Source of the DNA: Acidobacteriota bacterium
GTDB lineage: Bacteria > Acidobacteriota > UBA6911
DNA: 64,000 bases
Assembly: GCA_016933615.1 (NCBI GenBank)
Contig: JAFGAO010000068.1
Coordinates: 840 to 64,839, forward strand
Reading direction: 5' to 3'
Position numbers and translations under genes: made by a program. The notes under the pieces were generated by a model. The model saw only the letters and a program-made list of their open reading frames with translations. It ran no database searches and had not been told where the DNA came from. Below are positions 43,314-55,100 of the stretch, piece after piece (the stretch's first letter is position 1; each line of letters starts with the position of its first letter).

Positions 43314-44867
43314 TCACTTGTCCGGCCATACAATCTTCCCTCCGAGCACGGTCATAACCGCCCGGATATCCTTGATTTCGCAAGGGGGGACGGAGAACGG
43401 ATCCCGGTTCAGAAGAACGAGATCGGCCTTTTTCCCCGAACGCACCGATCCCCTCACGCGCTCTTCGAAATTTGCCGCGGCACCTCCGTAAATGTGCATT
43501 GCAAGAGCCTGCTTTAGATCAATACAAGGCCCCGGCATGCGGCGCCCGGTTTCGGTCCGGCGCGTAACGGCGGCCGAGATGCCGACCCACGGATTGGGGT
43601 CCGCGACCGGAAAATCGGAACCGAATCCTGTCCCGACCCCGTTCTCAAGCATCGCCCCGACCGGATACAGATTCTCCAGGTCCCCGGCCCGGACCGTCTC
43701 GAGATAACGATCCCCTTCGTAATTAAGAAACGCCGGCTGCGTCACGGCCATAATCCCGAGATCCGCCATTTTCCGCAGCAGCCCGGGACGGCAAACCGAA
43801 CAGTGTTCGATGCGATGGCGCGCGTCCGCTTCCGGCCCGAGACGCAAAGCCCGGGCAAGCCCCGCGACGCAAGCCGCAATAACCGGTTCTTCGACGGCGT
43901 GAATTGCAGCCTGAAATCCCTTTGTGTGAATGGACGCGATGATTTTGCCTAGTTCCTCCGACCCGGGATCGAGGCTGCCCGTCACCCGGTTGACGACAAT
44001 CTTTACGGCGCCCAATTTGAGTTCCCCGTCGGGAACGCGGGTAACATAATCCTTTTCATTAAAATCCGCAAAAGCCCGCAAACCCAGCATCATCGAGAGT
44101 CCGGGTGCGAAAAGCCCCCTCTGTTTCCACGATTCGTATTTTTGCCATTGTTTCAAACCGTTGCAGGACGAGGCGTCCTGAACCGACGTGATTCCGCAGG
44201 AAAGCAGCTTTTCATTCGCCCGCTTGAGACCGTTCTCGATCCCGGCCTCGTCAAGTCCGGGGATCCTTCCGGACAGATACCCTCCCATGCCGAACAGGAG
44301 CCCCGTCGGCAGGCCGGTATCGGGATCGCGGTCTATCATGCCTCCGGGCGGGTCCCCGGTTTCATCGCCGATCCCGGCTTTCTCGAGAGCGAGGCTGTTC
44401 AGCACATGGGCGTGTCCCGAGCGGTGCGTCAGTTTCACCGGGTTCGAAGGAGCGACCCTATCCAGATCCCGGCGGTTCGGGTGCCGTTTTTCGGAAAGAT
44501 AGAATTCATTATAGCTTTTCCCTCGCACCCACTCTCCGGGGGAGGCCCTTGCACAGGCATCCCGGATCTTTTCCCGGATATCCGAAACGGACCGAATCCC
44601 GTTCCTGGGCGACAGGCTCAAAGAAATCAGGTTTTCAGCATATGCGACAAGGTGACAGTGCGCGTCGACGAATCCGGGGATCAGCGTCCTTCCGGCGCAA
44701 TCCACGATCCGGCCCGCCTTTCCTTTCAGGCCCTCCTGCATCTCGAGCCGGGACACAAGAGCAACGCGGCCGTCCCTGACGGCAACCAGCGATGCGTCCG
44801 GCATGCCGGGATCCAGCGTGACCACCTTTGCATTGCAGAAAACCGTATCGTACCCGCCTTCAGACAC
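43314..44867 (-). CDS. metal-dependent amidohydrolase (amidohydrolase-3 / YtcJ-like)
   Basis: 517 aa. 'LIPGFVDAHCHL' and C-terminal 'GSDFPV...ADLVLL' blocks. Confidence 0.8.
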   Translation of the reverse strand: MSEGGYDTVFCNAKVVTLDPGMPDASLVAVRDGRVALVSRLEMQEGLKGKAGRIVDCAGRTLIPGFVDAHCHLVAYAENLISLSLSPRNGIRSVSDIREKIRDACARASPGEWVRGKSYNEFYLSEKRHPNRRDLDRVAPSNPVKLTHRSGHAHVLNSLALEKAGIGDETGDPPGGMIDRDPDTGLPTGLLFGMGGYLSGRIPGLDEAGIENGLKRANEKLLSCGITSVQDASSCNGLKQWQKYESWKQRGLFAPGLSMMLGLRAFADFNEKDYVTRVPDGELKLGAVKIVVNRVTGSLDPGSEELGKIIASIHTKGFQAAIHAVEEPVIAACVAGLARALRLGPEADARHRIEHCSVCRPGLLRKMADLGIMAVTQPAFLNYEGDRYLETVRAGDLENLYPVGAMLENGVGTGFGSDFPVADPNPWVGISAAVTRRTETGRRMPGPCIDLKQALAMHIYGGAAANFEERVRGSVRSGKKADLVLLNRDPFSVPPCEIKDIRAVMTVLGGKIVWPDK

Positions 44868-45050
44868 CCGGATATCCCCCGTTCCCGTATGATAAGAAAT
44901 ATCGTTTCATTCCGGGGCCTGTGACGAAGGGAAGCCGCCCCGCCGCACGGGCACCGGAATCTGAATTGTTGATTCTGAACCGACTGCAATATATCATGGG
45001 CCGCCTGAACGCGATCTTCGTTCATTATTTTACACTAAGGGGAATCTCCA

Positions 45051-46406
45051 TTGACGGAAGGCATGCCATCCGGGAAGTCCGCGGCAACGGATACCGCCGA
45101 TTCCAGCAGAGAAAGTTCCAGGCCGTTGCTGAAATTCATTGGCTGGAGTTTCCTGGGTTCTTTCATATTCTTTGTCCCCATCTCCATCAACCAAACGACA
45201 ACCATACCCCTGGATCATATCCTGACCGTAATACAAAACACCGTCCCGTGGTTTGGTCCGCTCTTTGCGCTTGCCGTCATTGCGATCGGGGGCATCCTTC
45301 CCTTCCGGGATAAAAGCTGGAACCGGGACGGGGTTACCGCCGTTCTTTCAATCCTCAAGCTGCTCGGCATCGGAGCCGGGATCATGGCCTACGGCAGGAT
45401 CGGTCCCGACTGGCTGCTCAAAGAGGACCTGCTTCCCTTTTTGTGGACTAAAGTGGCCGTTCCCGTCGCCATTATCGTGCCGCTCGGATCCATATTCTTA
45501 ACTTTCATCATCTGCTACGGGCTGCTGGAATTCATCGGCGTCCTCATGCGGCCCATCATGCGCCCCATCTGGAAACTGCCCGGAAGATCCGCCGTGGATG
45601 CCGTGACCTCTTTTGTAGGCAGTTTCGCCATCGCCATGTTTCTCACAAACCGTATTTACAAGGAGGGGAAATACACCGAAAGAGAAGCGGCGATCATCCT
45701 GACCGGGTTTTCGAGCGTTTCCGCCAGCTTCATGGTCATCGTCGCAAGAACCCTGGGACTGATGGAAATCTGGAATACGTTTTTCTGGACCACGCTGCTG
45801 GTGACCTACCTGGTTTCGGCCATTACCCCGAGGCTGTATCCGCTGAAATCCATAAGAAATGAATATTATCTCGCAAGCGGAACCCCCGAGCCCTCGCTGA
45901 AAGGGAATCTGCTATGCAATGCCCTGCGGGCCGGACTGGAGGCGGCCGGCAAATCAGGCTCCCTGTACCACAATATCCGGGCTAATTTGAAGGACGGAAT
46001 GTTTATGACCTTCAGGCTGATATCCACCATAATCTCCGTCGGCCTCATTTCGCTGGTCCTGGTGGAAACAACTCCGGTGTTTGATTACATCGGTTACATT
46101 TTCTACCCGTTCGCCTATCTGACCCGACTGCCGGACCCCGCCATTGTGGCCAAGGCCGCCGCCGTGGCGGGCGCCGAGATGTTTATCCCGTCCGTCCTTG
46201 TGGCCGGGACGCCGGGAGTTGCCGTGATGTCTAAATTTGTAGTCGGAGTGGTATCGATCGCATTAATCCTGTTTTTCTCCGGATCCATTCCCTGCCTCCT
46301 TTCGACCGATGTGCGTTTAAGCGTCAGGGATCTGATGATCATAATGGTGGAACGCGCGGTTCTGGCTTTGCTGATTGCGGCGCCGATCGCCCATTTTCTC
46401 TTCTAA
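45051..46406 (+). CDS. polytopic membrane protein, YjiH/nucleoside-recognition-domain-like
   Basis: 451 aa, many TM segments. TTG start 7 nt after AAGGGGA. The family assignment is tentative. Confidence 0.55.
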   Translation: MTEGMPSGKSAATDTADSSRESSRPLLKFIGWSFLGSFIFFVPISINQTTTIPLDHILTVIQNTVPWFGPLFALAVIAIGGILPFRDKSWNRDGVTAVLSILKLLGIGAGIMAYGRIGPDWLLKEDLLPFLWTKVAVPVAIIVPLGSIFLTFIICYGLLEFIGVLMRPIMRPIWKLPGRSAVDAVTSFVGSFAIAMFLTNRIYKEGKYTEREAAIILTGFSSVSASFMVIVARTLGLMEIWNTFFWTTLLVTYLVSAITPRLYPLKSIRNEYYLASGTPEPSLKGNLLCNALRAGLEAAGKSGSLYHNIRANLKDGMFMTFRLISTIISVGLISLVLVETTPVFDYIGYIFYPFAYLTRLPDPAIVAKAAAVAGAEMFIPSVLVAGTPGVAVMSKFVVGVVSIALILFFSGSIPCLLSTDVRLSVRDLMIIMVERAVLALLIAAPIAHFLF

Positions 46407-46420
46407 ACTAGGGAATTTCG

Positions 46421-47797
46421 ATGACTCATTCCGCAAGAGACAGCTGGGGATCCCGCGCGGGATTCGTGCTGGCGGCGGCGGGATCCGCCGTAGGGCTCGG
46501 GAATCTGTGGAAGTTTCCATACATCACATGGAACAACGACGGCGGCGCTTTTGTCGTCGTCTACCTGCTTGCAGTCGTTTTCATCGGCCTTCCCCTTATG
46601 ATGAGCGAGATCCTCGTCGGCCGCTCCACGCAGCTCAGCCCCGTACCGGCATTCGCAAAGCTTGGCGGCAGATTGTGGTCCGGCGTAGGCTGGCTCGGCG
46701 TAGCCTCAGGAGCCGTGATTCAGTCCTACTACATGGTCATCGCCGGATGGTCCCTGAGTTCCTTCGTGCAGTGCCTGGGCTGGACTTTTAAGGGATACTC
46801 CCTTCCCCCTGACGGCGCATTTGATGCGTTTCTGTCCAACGGCCCCCTTCAGATCGGGCTTACGCTGATATTCACCCTGCTCACTGCGTTCATCGTCTAC
46901 CGCGGGATCGGCGGCGGCATTGAAAACGCGACGAAGGTGCTGATGCCGGCGCTTCTGATAATTCTCCTGTATCTTGTTTTTACGACGCTGACCATGGAGG
47001 GGCGCAATCAAGCACTCGCGGAAATCTTCATTCCCGATTTTTCCGAACTTGGCAAGGAAGGGTTCCTGGAGGCCATGGGCCAGGCATTCTTCTCGTTATC
47101 CCTGGGACTGGGAGCCATGGTCGCCTACGGATCCTACATGGGCAAAAAAGAGTCCATCTTCAAGTCTGCCCTCTGGGTGGTGGTGCTCGACACAGTCGTC
47201 GCCCTCCTCTGCTGCATCGCCATGTTCACGATCATCTTTTCGGTTCCCGGGCTGGAGAATCGCGTATCCGGATCCACGATCGGCATGCTGTTTATTACGC
47301 TGCCGGAACTTTTCTATACGGAAATGCCCGGGGGATTCCTGCTCGGCCCCCTTTTTTTCGTGCTTGTGGCATTCGCTGCCCTCACTTCAACCATCTCGCT
47401 GGGGGAAGTAACCACGTCCCTGCTGATCGACCGGAAAGGCTGGTCACGGGTGCGCGCCACGCTGGTCACAACGTCCGTCGTTTTTGTCGGCTCCATTCTG
47501 GCCGCGCTCTCTCTCGGCGCCAACGGGCTTTTGTCCTCATTCACTGTCTTCGAAGGGAAAGCGGGCGTTCTGTCCACCCTGGATCACCTGGCGGCCAACT
47601 GGATGCTCCCCACGGGCGGCTTCCTGATAACCCTCTTCGTGGGCTGGAAACTGGGGAGGAAATTCTGCTTGGAGGAACTGGGGCTGGAAAAACCCAACCC
47701 GGCTTTTACTGTCTGGCTCTGGATCGTACGTATCGTGGCTCCGGCCGCGGTGCTCATCCTTCTGATAAATGTGTTCATGGGAAAAGATTTTTCGTGA
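46421..47797 (+). CDS. neurotransmitter:sodium symporter (NSS/SNF) family transporter
   Basis: 458 aa. 'AAGSAVGLGNLWKFPY' is the NSS signature. Confidence 0.9.
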   Translation: MTHSARDSWGSRAGFVLAAAGSAVGLGNLWKFPYITWNNDGGAFVVVYLLAVVFIGLPLMMSEILVGRSTQLSPVPAFAKLGGRLWSGVGWLGVASGAVIQSYYMVIAGWSLSSFVQCLGWTFKGYSLPPDGAFDAFLSNGPLQIGLTLIFTLLTAFIVYRGIGGGIENATKVLMPALLIILLYLVFTTLTMEGRNQALAEIFIPDFSELGKEGFLEAMGQAFFSLSLGLGAMVAYGSYMGKKESIFKSALWVVVLDTVVALLCCIAMFTIIFSVPGLENRVSGSTIGMLFITLPELFYTEMPGGFLLGPLFFVLVAFAALTSTISLGEVTTSLLIDRKGWSRVRATLVTTSVVFVGSILAALSLGANGLLSSFTVFEGKAGVLSTLDHLAANWMLPTGGFLITLFVGWKLGRKFCLEELGLEKPNPAFTVWLWIVRIVAPAAVLILLINVFMGKDFS

Positions 47798-47967
47798 TTC
47801 CGAACTCATTATTGAACTATTCCTGAGCCTGCTGCATCCAAATCCAGGAAAGCTCCTTGTCAAAAAATCGATAATCCTGATAGCATGTAGGATATAGAAA
47901 AAAGCGGAGATATTACCTCAAAAGACGGACATGAAGTAAAGCATTCGATACGACCCTTGAAGGGGGA

Positions 47968-50900
47968 ATGCCTATGATCCGACATGTCTTTCCGGCAGTC
48001 CTGTTTCTGTGTGCCATTGCGGCGGCGCAAACCGAACAACCGGAGACGAAGCAGGATCCGGCCGACAGCAAGGTCTTCCGCATCGATGTGAACCTCGTAC
48101 AGGTGGATGCCGTCGTTACGGACAAAGACGGCCGTCCCGTCGACGATCTGACCGCCAACGACTTCACCATCCTGCAGGACGGCAAACGGCAGGAAATCAC
48201 CAACTTTTCACTGGTCCGGCTGAAGGATTCCGCCGTTACCCGACCCGTCGTTAAAAGACCGGCATCGGAAATACAGGAAACACCGTCACGTCCGCCGCTT
48301 CAGTCCGTAAAGCTGAAGAAAAATGAAATCCGGGGGGTCATTGCCCTTGTGGTGGACGACCTGGGATTATCCTTCTCCAACATGGTACGGTCCCGGGAAG
48401 CCATCAGGAAATGGGTTGATGAAGAAATGCAGCCGGGGGATCTGGTGGCCGTCGTCACAACCGGATTGGGGATGGGCGGCCTGCAGCAGTTTACGGGCGA
48501 CAGGCGGGTCCTCCATGAAGCGATCGACCGCATCCACTTCAATGTTCTCAGCCGTGTCGGATCCTCAAGCTTCCGGGCTGAGTCCGGGGCAAGCGTTCTT
48601 TCGCCCATCGGAGGGACAATAAGAAGTGTCCTGGGGACTCTGGAAGCCATACGATATGTACTGAAAGGCATAGGTAACTTTCCCGGCAGGAAAAGCCTCA
48701 TGCTTTTCAGCGAACATCTGCGGATCCATTTCGACGACGGCGGGATTATGGCGATGGACCTGAGCGATCTCGTCAAGGAAAAGCTGGATCAGTTGATCCA
48801 GGATGCCAACCGGGGGGCGGTCGTCCTGCACACCATCGATCCCCGAGGGGCCTTACGGACAGAAATTTCGGTGGAAGACACGCTGACGCTGGTAGGCGGT
48901 AACGCAATGTCGCTTGATGCAATGGGTGATAGAACGGCGGAAACAATGGCCAAAATGAATGAAGTCGCCTCAGCGCGTGAAATGGAGTGGATAAAATCCC
49001 GGGAAGGCCTTTTCATAATGCCCGGGGAGACCGGGGGGTTGTATATCCCGAATCACAATGAAGTCGGGATTGCCCTGCAGGAGGCCGCGCGGGACGGTGA
49101 AGTCTACTACCTGATCGGTTTCCGCCCCGACGCGGAAACCGTCGCTGAAATGCAACATAACAGGGGCAAGTTCCACGAGATCAAAGTTCGTGTGAAACGG
49201 CCCGGCCTTGAGGTACGGTCCCGCTCCGGTTTCTTCAGTTCCACCGATACGACATACGCGCCTGCCCCGCCGGCCGATACAATGGCGCAGGCGATGCTTT
49301 CCCCTCTTATGCATGACGACCTGGCGGTCCACCTGACATCCGGTTATGTCCAAAGTACCGGTGGAGAATACCTGCTGCGGGCATGGGTGCATCTGCCGGG
49401 CCGTCAATTGACGGTTCTGCGCGACAACAATGGAGAGAACTCCATCTCCCTGGAAACCCATGCGGCCACAACCGGCTTCGACGGCCTCATCCGCGACTCG
49501 GACAGGACAGTGCACAGGATTCCCCTTACCAACCAGGGCGTCCTGTCTGTCCGGGAACACGGCCTGCGGCTTTCCATCACGATTCCGGCCAAGGATCCCG
49601 GCGCTTACTTCGTCCGGCTGGCTGTAAAAGACCAGGGCTCGGGCAGGATCGGATCCGCCTATCAATACATAGAGATCCCCGATTTAAAAAAAGAAGGCCT
49701 GGCACTTTCGGATCTTTTTGTCGTCAACTCGAATGAAGACGTGCGGTGGATTCTGTCCCAAACAGGCCGGGAGTCAGAGGATCGGCTCTACTCCGCCGGT
49801 CAGAACCGCGAAAAGAGTCCCGCAATCCGGCAGTATCAGCCGGGGGAGAGCATTGAATACCTCACCCTGATCTACAACACGGATACCCGCCCCGATCTGC
49901 CGCTCGATCTGGAAACCCGGACCATTCTATACAGGGACGGAAGCGAAATTTTCACAAGCGAACCGGAAGCCGTGGACCTCACCGGTGTAACGGACCTGGA
50001 AAGGATCCCGGTCAAAAAAAGACTGCGTCTGGGCAAAACCATGCCGCCGGGGGATTACATACTGCAGCTTCAGGTCCGGGATAAGCGGGCAGAGGAACGG
50101 GACGGCTTTGCCGTCCGGTCCCTGGATTTCCATGTCATCCCGGAACAGGAGCCCACCAATCTTGAAAAGGCTGAAATGTCGATTCGCCTGGGCAATGAAG
50201 CAAATCACGCCGGTAAAAAAGAGGAGGCCGCCCAGGCCTTCGCGGAAGCGGCCCGGCTGTACCGGGAAGAACTCCGGTACAGTCCCGACGATATTGTTTT
50301 ATGGAAAGAGACGGGTACGGTGTCTTTCCTGGCCGGTCAAACCGATCAGGCCGTGGCCGCTTACCAGGAGGCCGTCCGGCTGCAGCCGGAAGACGCGGAA
50401 TCCCATTACATGCTCGGAATCATCCGTGCGACAAATGACGTAGAATCCGCGATCGGGGATTTCCGGGAAGCCGTCCGGCTGAATCCTGAAAATGCAAAGT
50501 ATCATTTCGATTTGGGCCGCGCATTGGCCCAAATAGAAGATTTTGAGTCTTCGATCGAAGCCTTCAGGGAGGCTTCCCGGCTGGATCCCCGGGACGGAGA
50601 AAGCCTTGCCTCCCTGGGAATTGTCCTCGAGCAGATGGGCGAAACGGAAGAAGCCGCGGAAGAGTACCGCAAGGCGCTGGCGCTGAATCTTACCGACCGC
50701 AGCGCCGAAAGCGTGCGCGGTCTATTGAAAAACGCATTAGAGGATTTCAAGAATCCGGATACGATCAAGCGCCAGGAATATTATACCCTTAGGGTGAAAC
50801 AATGGCGGGATGCCGTGAACAATCACATCCCCGGGGAATCCGATGAGGCGGCGGTAGAGGTCGGAAGCTGGCCGGTCGAGGATTTGAGGATCGTTCTTTA

Positions 50901-51954
50901 CCTGGTCGACCATATCAAACGAGGGAAACTGCAATCCTATATCGACGCCGGCGTCATATCCCTGTTCAAAGGCAGGCGGTATATTAACCAAAACATCCTT
51001 CCGTTTCTCCACATTCCGGATGATTCCAATCCTTTGCTGAAACGGGCGGCGCTGCTGCACACCGATATAGCCTTGCTTCAACTGGATACAGGCCAAATCC
51101 GTGAAAAGAGACCGGATTACCGGGGTGCCGTGTCCATAAAGGGCAACGATGCCATCGCATTGCAGGACGGTCATGCAACGGTACAGGGCAGAGGGTGGCA
51201 TTGGAAATTTGCCCGTCAACTGCTCGATAACGTTACCCCGCGACCTTCCGAAGACGGCATGGTTCGAAAGTGGTATGTTGCCGCCACCGCTTTCATGCTC
51301 GCGGGGCGGCTGGCGGCCGATGCCGAGGATAACCTGGCCCTTGCCATGGAGTACTTTCCGTCCGATCCTCATTTACTTTTCTACAGGGGTGTTTTACACG
51401 AGAAATACGCCGCGCCCGCATTTCAAAACGCACTCCCTCCGGACGGTATAACTTTTGCATTCGGCAACGCCGAAACAGAACTGAAGAAGGCCCGAAAATA
51501 TTTTCAGAAGGCGCTGAAAGCCGATCCGGAATTTTCCGAAGCGCGGCTGCATCTCGGGCGGGTCATGGGGCTTCTCGGCGACCACCAGGAAGCGGTGGAG
51601 GAATTGCAGAAAGCAGCCGCTTCCATCACGGATGATCGGCTCAGTTACTACGGCTTCCTCTATCTCGGGAATGAACTGGCGGCGCTGAACCGCACAGCGG
51701 AGGCGCGCATACAGTACGAAACGGCCGCCGCACTCTATCCGAATGCACGGGCTCCGCTACTGAGCTTAAGCCGGCTTGCACTCAGCGGCGGCGATTATAA
51801 GAACGCGCTCTTCTTTGGAAAACAGGTTTTGACATTGCCGTCTGAAGAGGCCGGTTCGGACGACCCCTGGTGGAGCTATGACGTCTCCCCGGGTTTCAAT
51901 GCATCCGCGCTCATTTCGGAAATGTACGAAGCGGTCGAAATCCCGGCTCCCTGA
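47968..51954 (+). CDS. secreted VWA-related + TPR giant protein, paralog 1
   Basis: 1328 aa. Signal peptide 'AVLFLCAIAAAQ'. The block 'VFRIDVNLVQVDAVVTDKDGRPV..DF.ILQDGK.QEI' resembles the VWFA-related domain common in Acidobacteria. TPR-like repeats occur mid-protein and at the C-terminus. ATG 47974 may be the true start. Confidence 0.8.
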   Translation: MPMIRHVFPAVLFLCAIAAAQTEQPETKQDPADSKVFRIDVNLVQVDAVVTDKDGRPVDDLTANDFTILQDGKRQEITNFSLVRLKDSAVTRPVVKRPASEIQETPSRPPLQSVKLKKNEIRGVIALVVDDLGLSFSNMVRSREAIRKWVDEEMQPGDLVAVVTTGLGMGGLQQFTGDRRVLHEAIDRIHFNVLSRVGSSSFRAESGASVLSPIGGTIRSVLGTLEAIRYVLKGIGNFPGRKSLMLFSEHLRIHFDDGGIMAMDLSDLVKEKLDQLIQDANRGAVVLHTIDPRGALRTEISVEDTLTLVGGNAMSLDAMGDRTAETMAKMNEVASAREMEWIKSREGLFIMPGETGGLYIPNHNEVGIALQEAARDGEVYYLIGFRPDAETVAEMQHNRGKFHEIKVRVKRPGLEVRSRSGFFSSTDTTYAPAPPADTMAQAMLSPLMHDDLAVHLTSGYVQSTGGEYLLRAWVHLPGRQLTVLRDNNGENSISLETHAATTGFDGLIRDSDRTVHRIPLTNQGVLSVREHGLRLSITIPAKDPGAYFVRLAVKDQGSGRIGSAYQYIEIPDLKKEGLALSDLFVVNSNEDVRWILSQTGRESEDRLYSAGQNREKSPAIRQYQPGESIEYLTLIYNTDTRPDLPLDLETRTILYRDGSEIFTSEPEAVDLTGVTDLERIPVKKRLRLGKTMPPGDYILQLQVRDKRAEERDGFAVRSLDFHVIPEQEPTNLEKAEMSIRLGNEANHAGKKEEAAQAFAEAARLYREELRYSPDDIVLWKETGTVSFLAGQTDQAVAAYQEAVRLQPEDAESHYMLGIIRATNDVESAIGDFREAVRLNPENAKYHFDLGRALAQIEDFESSIEAFREASRLDPRDGESLASLGIVLEQMGETEEAAEEYRKALALNLTDRSAESVRGLLKNALEDFKNPDTIKRQEYYTLRVKQWRDAVNNHIPGESDEAAVEVGSWPVEDLRIVLYLVDHIKRGKLQSYIDAGVISLFKGRRYINQNILPFLHIPDDSNPLLKRAALLHTDIALLQLDTGQIREKRPDYRGAVSIKGNDAIALQDGHATVQGRGWHWKFARQLLDNVTPRPSEDGMVRKWYVAATAFMLAGRLAADAEDNLALAMEYFPSDPHLLFYRGVLHEKYAAPAFQNALPPDGITFAFGNAETELKKARKYFQKALKADPEFSEARLHLGRVMGLLGDHQEAVEELQKAAASITDDRLSYYGFLYLGNELAALNRTAEARIQYETAAALYPNARAPLLSLSRLALSGGDYKNALFFGKQVLTLPSEEAGSDDPWWSYDVSPGFNASALISEMYEAVEIPAP

Positions 51955-51971
51955 TCCTGAGGGCCCCGAGC

Positions 51972-52001
51972 CGTCCCGGAAGGCGCCTTTCTTTCGGGAC
52001 G
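51972..52001 (+). terminator. hairpin between the two giant paralogs (no clear U-tract)
   Basis: CGTCCCG (51972-51978) pairs with CGGGACG (51995-52001), with a 16-nt loop. Confidence 0.25.
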
Positions 52002-52166
52002 TGCCATATTCCTGAACCATTTGGCCGCCTGTCTCATCTGAATCGAAGACAGTTCCCTGTAAAAAATCCGGCAATCCTGCTAGTATGCGGGATATTCAAA
52101 ACAACTCAGGAAAACAATGCCGGGACGGGATTATAAATGCATTGAACCCGACAATGGGAAAACCCT

Positions 52167-55100
52167 ATGAACCGATATCTGCTGCTCCCGTTATTGCTCT
52201 TGTGTGCGTATGCGCCCGCACAAATCCCGCAATCCGCCGCCAAGGAGGGGGACGGCGCGGCCGGGGTATTCCGGGTCGACGTAAACCTGGTCCAGGTGGA
52301 CGCCGTCGTTACGGACAAGAACGGCCGACCCGTGACCGACCTCACGGCCGGCGATTTCATCATTCTCCAGGATGGCAAGCCACAGGAAATCACGAACTTT
52401 TCCCTGGTTCGTCTGCCGGCGCCCTTGCTTTCAGGCCCTGCCGTGAAAAAGCCGCCTTCGAAATTCCGGGACGCCTCCCCTCAGGCGCCCACGCCACAGG
52501 TCCGTATGACGCCCGAAGAGGTGCGGCGGGTCGTGGCCCTGGTCGTGGACGACCTGGGGCTCTCCTTTTCCAATACGGTGCAGGTACGGGATGCCGTCAG
52601 GAAATGGGTCGACGAGGAAATGCAGCCGGGCGATCTTGTAGCCGTCGTCACGACAGGATTCGGTATGGGCGGCCTGCAGCAGTTCACGGGCGACAAAAAG
52701 CTGCTGTATGAAGCGATCGACCGCATCCGTTTCAACATTCTCAGCCGTGTCGGAGCTTCGAGCTACGAACAGGAGGAGACGGCTCTTTCGACCCAGCAGG
52801 AGGAGGAACGCAGCCGGGGAATGACGATGGGAACCCTGGGAAGCCTGCGCTACATTCTCAACGGCATGGAAATTCTTCCCGGAAGAAAAAGCCTGATCCT
52901 TTTCAGCGAAAACTTGGTGATGAATTTCGACGATTCCGAAGAGGGGGACGAAGGGGCGGTATTTAAAATGAACCTGAGCGACTCGAGCAAGGACAGGATG
53001 CAGCTTCTGGTTCAGGACGCCAACCGGGCCTCCGTCGTCATCCACACCATCGATCCAAGGGGAACCACCTGGGGCGCCCACCCGGATGTCGAAACCAGCG
53101 AAATGACGAAATCGCGCGAGGGCCTCACGGTCATGGCGCAGCAGACCGGAGGGCTGTTTATCGGGGACCACAATTTCGTCGAACCTTCGCTGCAGGAAGC
53201 CGCCCGGGACGGCGAAACCTACTACCTGATCGGATTCCTGCCCGGTGCGGATACCGTCGCGGAAATAAAGGAAGGCCGATCCAAATACCACAACCTGACG
53301 GTCCGCGTGAAGCGGCCAGGCCTCCAGGTGCGGTCCCGCTCCGGCTTCTTCAGTACAACCGAAGAAGCCCCCTACGCGCCAGCGCCGGACAGCGACACCT
53401 TGGCTCGGGCGATGCTGTCCCCGCTTCTGCAGGACGATCTGCCCGTGCGCCTGGCGTCCGGCTACGTTTTAGGCCCGGAAGGAGACTACCTGCTGCGGGT
53501 CTGGGTTCATCTGCCCGGCCGGCAGCTGGCTGTTATCCGCGAGGGGAACGGAGAGCATTACGTCTCCCTGGAGACCTATGCCGCCACAACCGGTTTCGAC
53601 GGCCTGATCCACGACTCGGGGAGGACCACGCACAAAATTCCCCTGAACACCCAGGAGATTCTGTCGATCCGGGAACACGGCCTCCGGTTTTCCGTCGCCA
53701 TTCCGGCCAAGAATCCGGGCACATATTTTGTACGGCTGGCGGTAAAGGATCTGGGCTCGGGCAGAATCGGATCCGCCTATCAGTATGTCGAGATCCCCGA
53801 TCTGAGAAAGGAAGGCCTGGCTCTTTCCGATCTTTTTGTCATCAACAGCAATGAGGACGTGCGGCTGATCCTGCCGGATGCAGGCGGCAAGTCTTCGGAA
53901 CAGGCGTATTCCACTGGACAGAATCGGGAAAAAAGCCCGGCCATCCGGCAATATCAGCCCGGCGAGACTCTCGAATTCCTGGCCGTGGTTTACAATGCAG
54001 TCGCCCTGCAGGGATCGCCGCCGGATCTTGAGACCCGAACCGTTCTTTACAGGGACGGTGGTGAAATTTTCAGAAGCGATCCCGAACCCGTGGACCCGGG
54101 AAAAGCTTTCGATTCTGCGAGGATTCCGGTTAAAAAGAGAATGCGCCTGGGCAAAACGATGCCGCCCGGCGATTATATCCTGCAGCTTCAGGTGATCGAC
54201 AAAAGGGCGAAGAAACAGAAAAACCTCGCCTCGGCGTCCCTGGATTTTCAGGTAATCCCCGAAAAGGAACCCGGCAATCTGGAAAAGGCTGAAGCGTTGA
54301 TCCGCCGGGGCAACGAAGCAAACAGGGCCGGCCGGAAAGAAGTAGCGGCGCAGGCCTTCGCGGAAGCCGCCCGGCTGTACCGGCAGGAGATAGGGAACCA
54401 TCCGGACGACACCGTTTTATGGAAGCAGGCGGGGACGGTGCATTTTCTGGCGGGCCAAACGGAGGAGGCCGCGGCCGCTTACGAAGAGGCCGTGCGGCTG
54501 CAGCCCGAGGACGCGGAATCGCATTACATGCTGGGGATCATCCGTGCGGCGACCGACGTGGATTCGGGGATCGGCAGCCTGCGGGAAGCCATACGGCTCG
54601 ATTCAGACAACGCGAAGTATCGTTTTGATTTAGGCCGCGCGCTGGCTCAAAACCAGGACTTTCAGTCTTCGATTGAGGCGTTAAGGGAGGCCTCCCGCCT
54701 GGATCCCCGGGACGGAGAAAGCCACGCTTCCATGGGAATCGTCCTGGAGCAGATGGGAGAAATGGAAGAAGCCGTAGGCGAGTACCGCCAGGCGCTGGCA
54801 CTGGATCTTTCCGACAACAGCGCCGACAGCGTGCGGGAGCTTCTGAAAAAAGCGCTGGCGGATTTTGGGGACGGGGATGCGGAAAAGCGCCGGGAATCCA
54901 TCACCCTGAGAGCAAAAGACTGGCGCTCGGCCGTTGAGCGGCACGTTCCGGGGAAATCGGACACGGCGGCCGTAGAGGTGGGAAGCTGGCCGGTCAACGA
55001 TTTGGATATCATTATTTCCCTGCTCGACAATATCCGCGAAGGGGAACTGGATCCCATTGTTGAAAGCAGCCTCGTGCGCCCTTTCAAGGGCAGGCAGTAC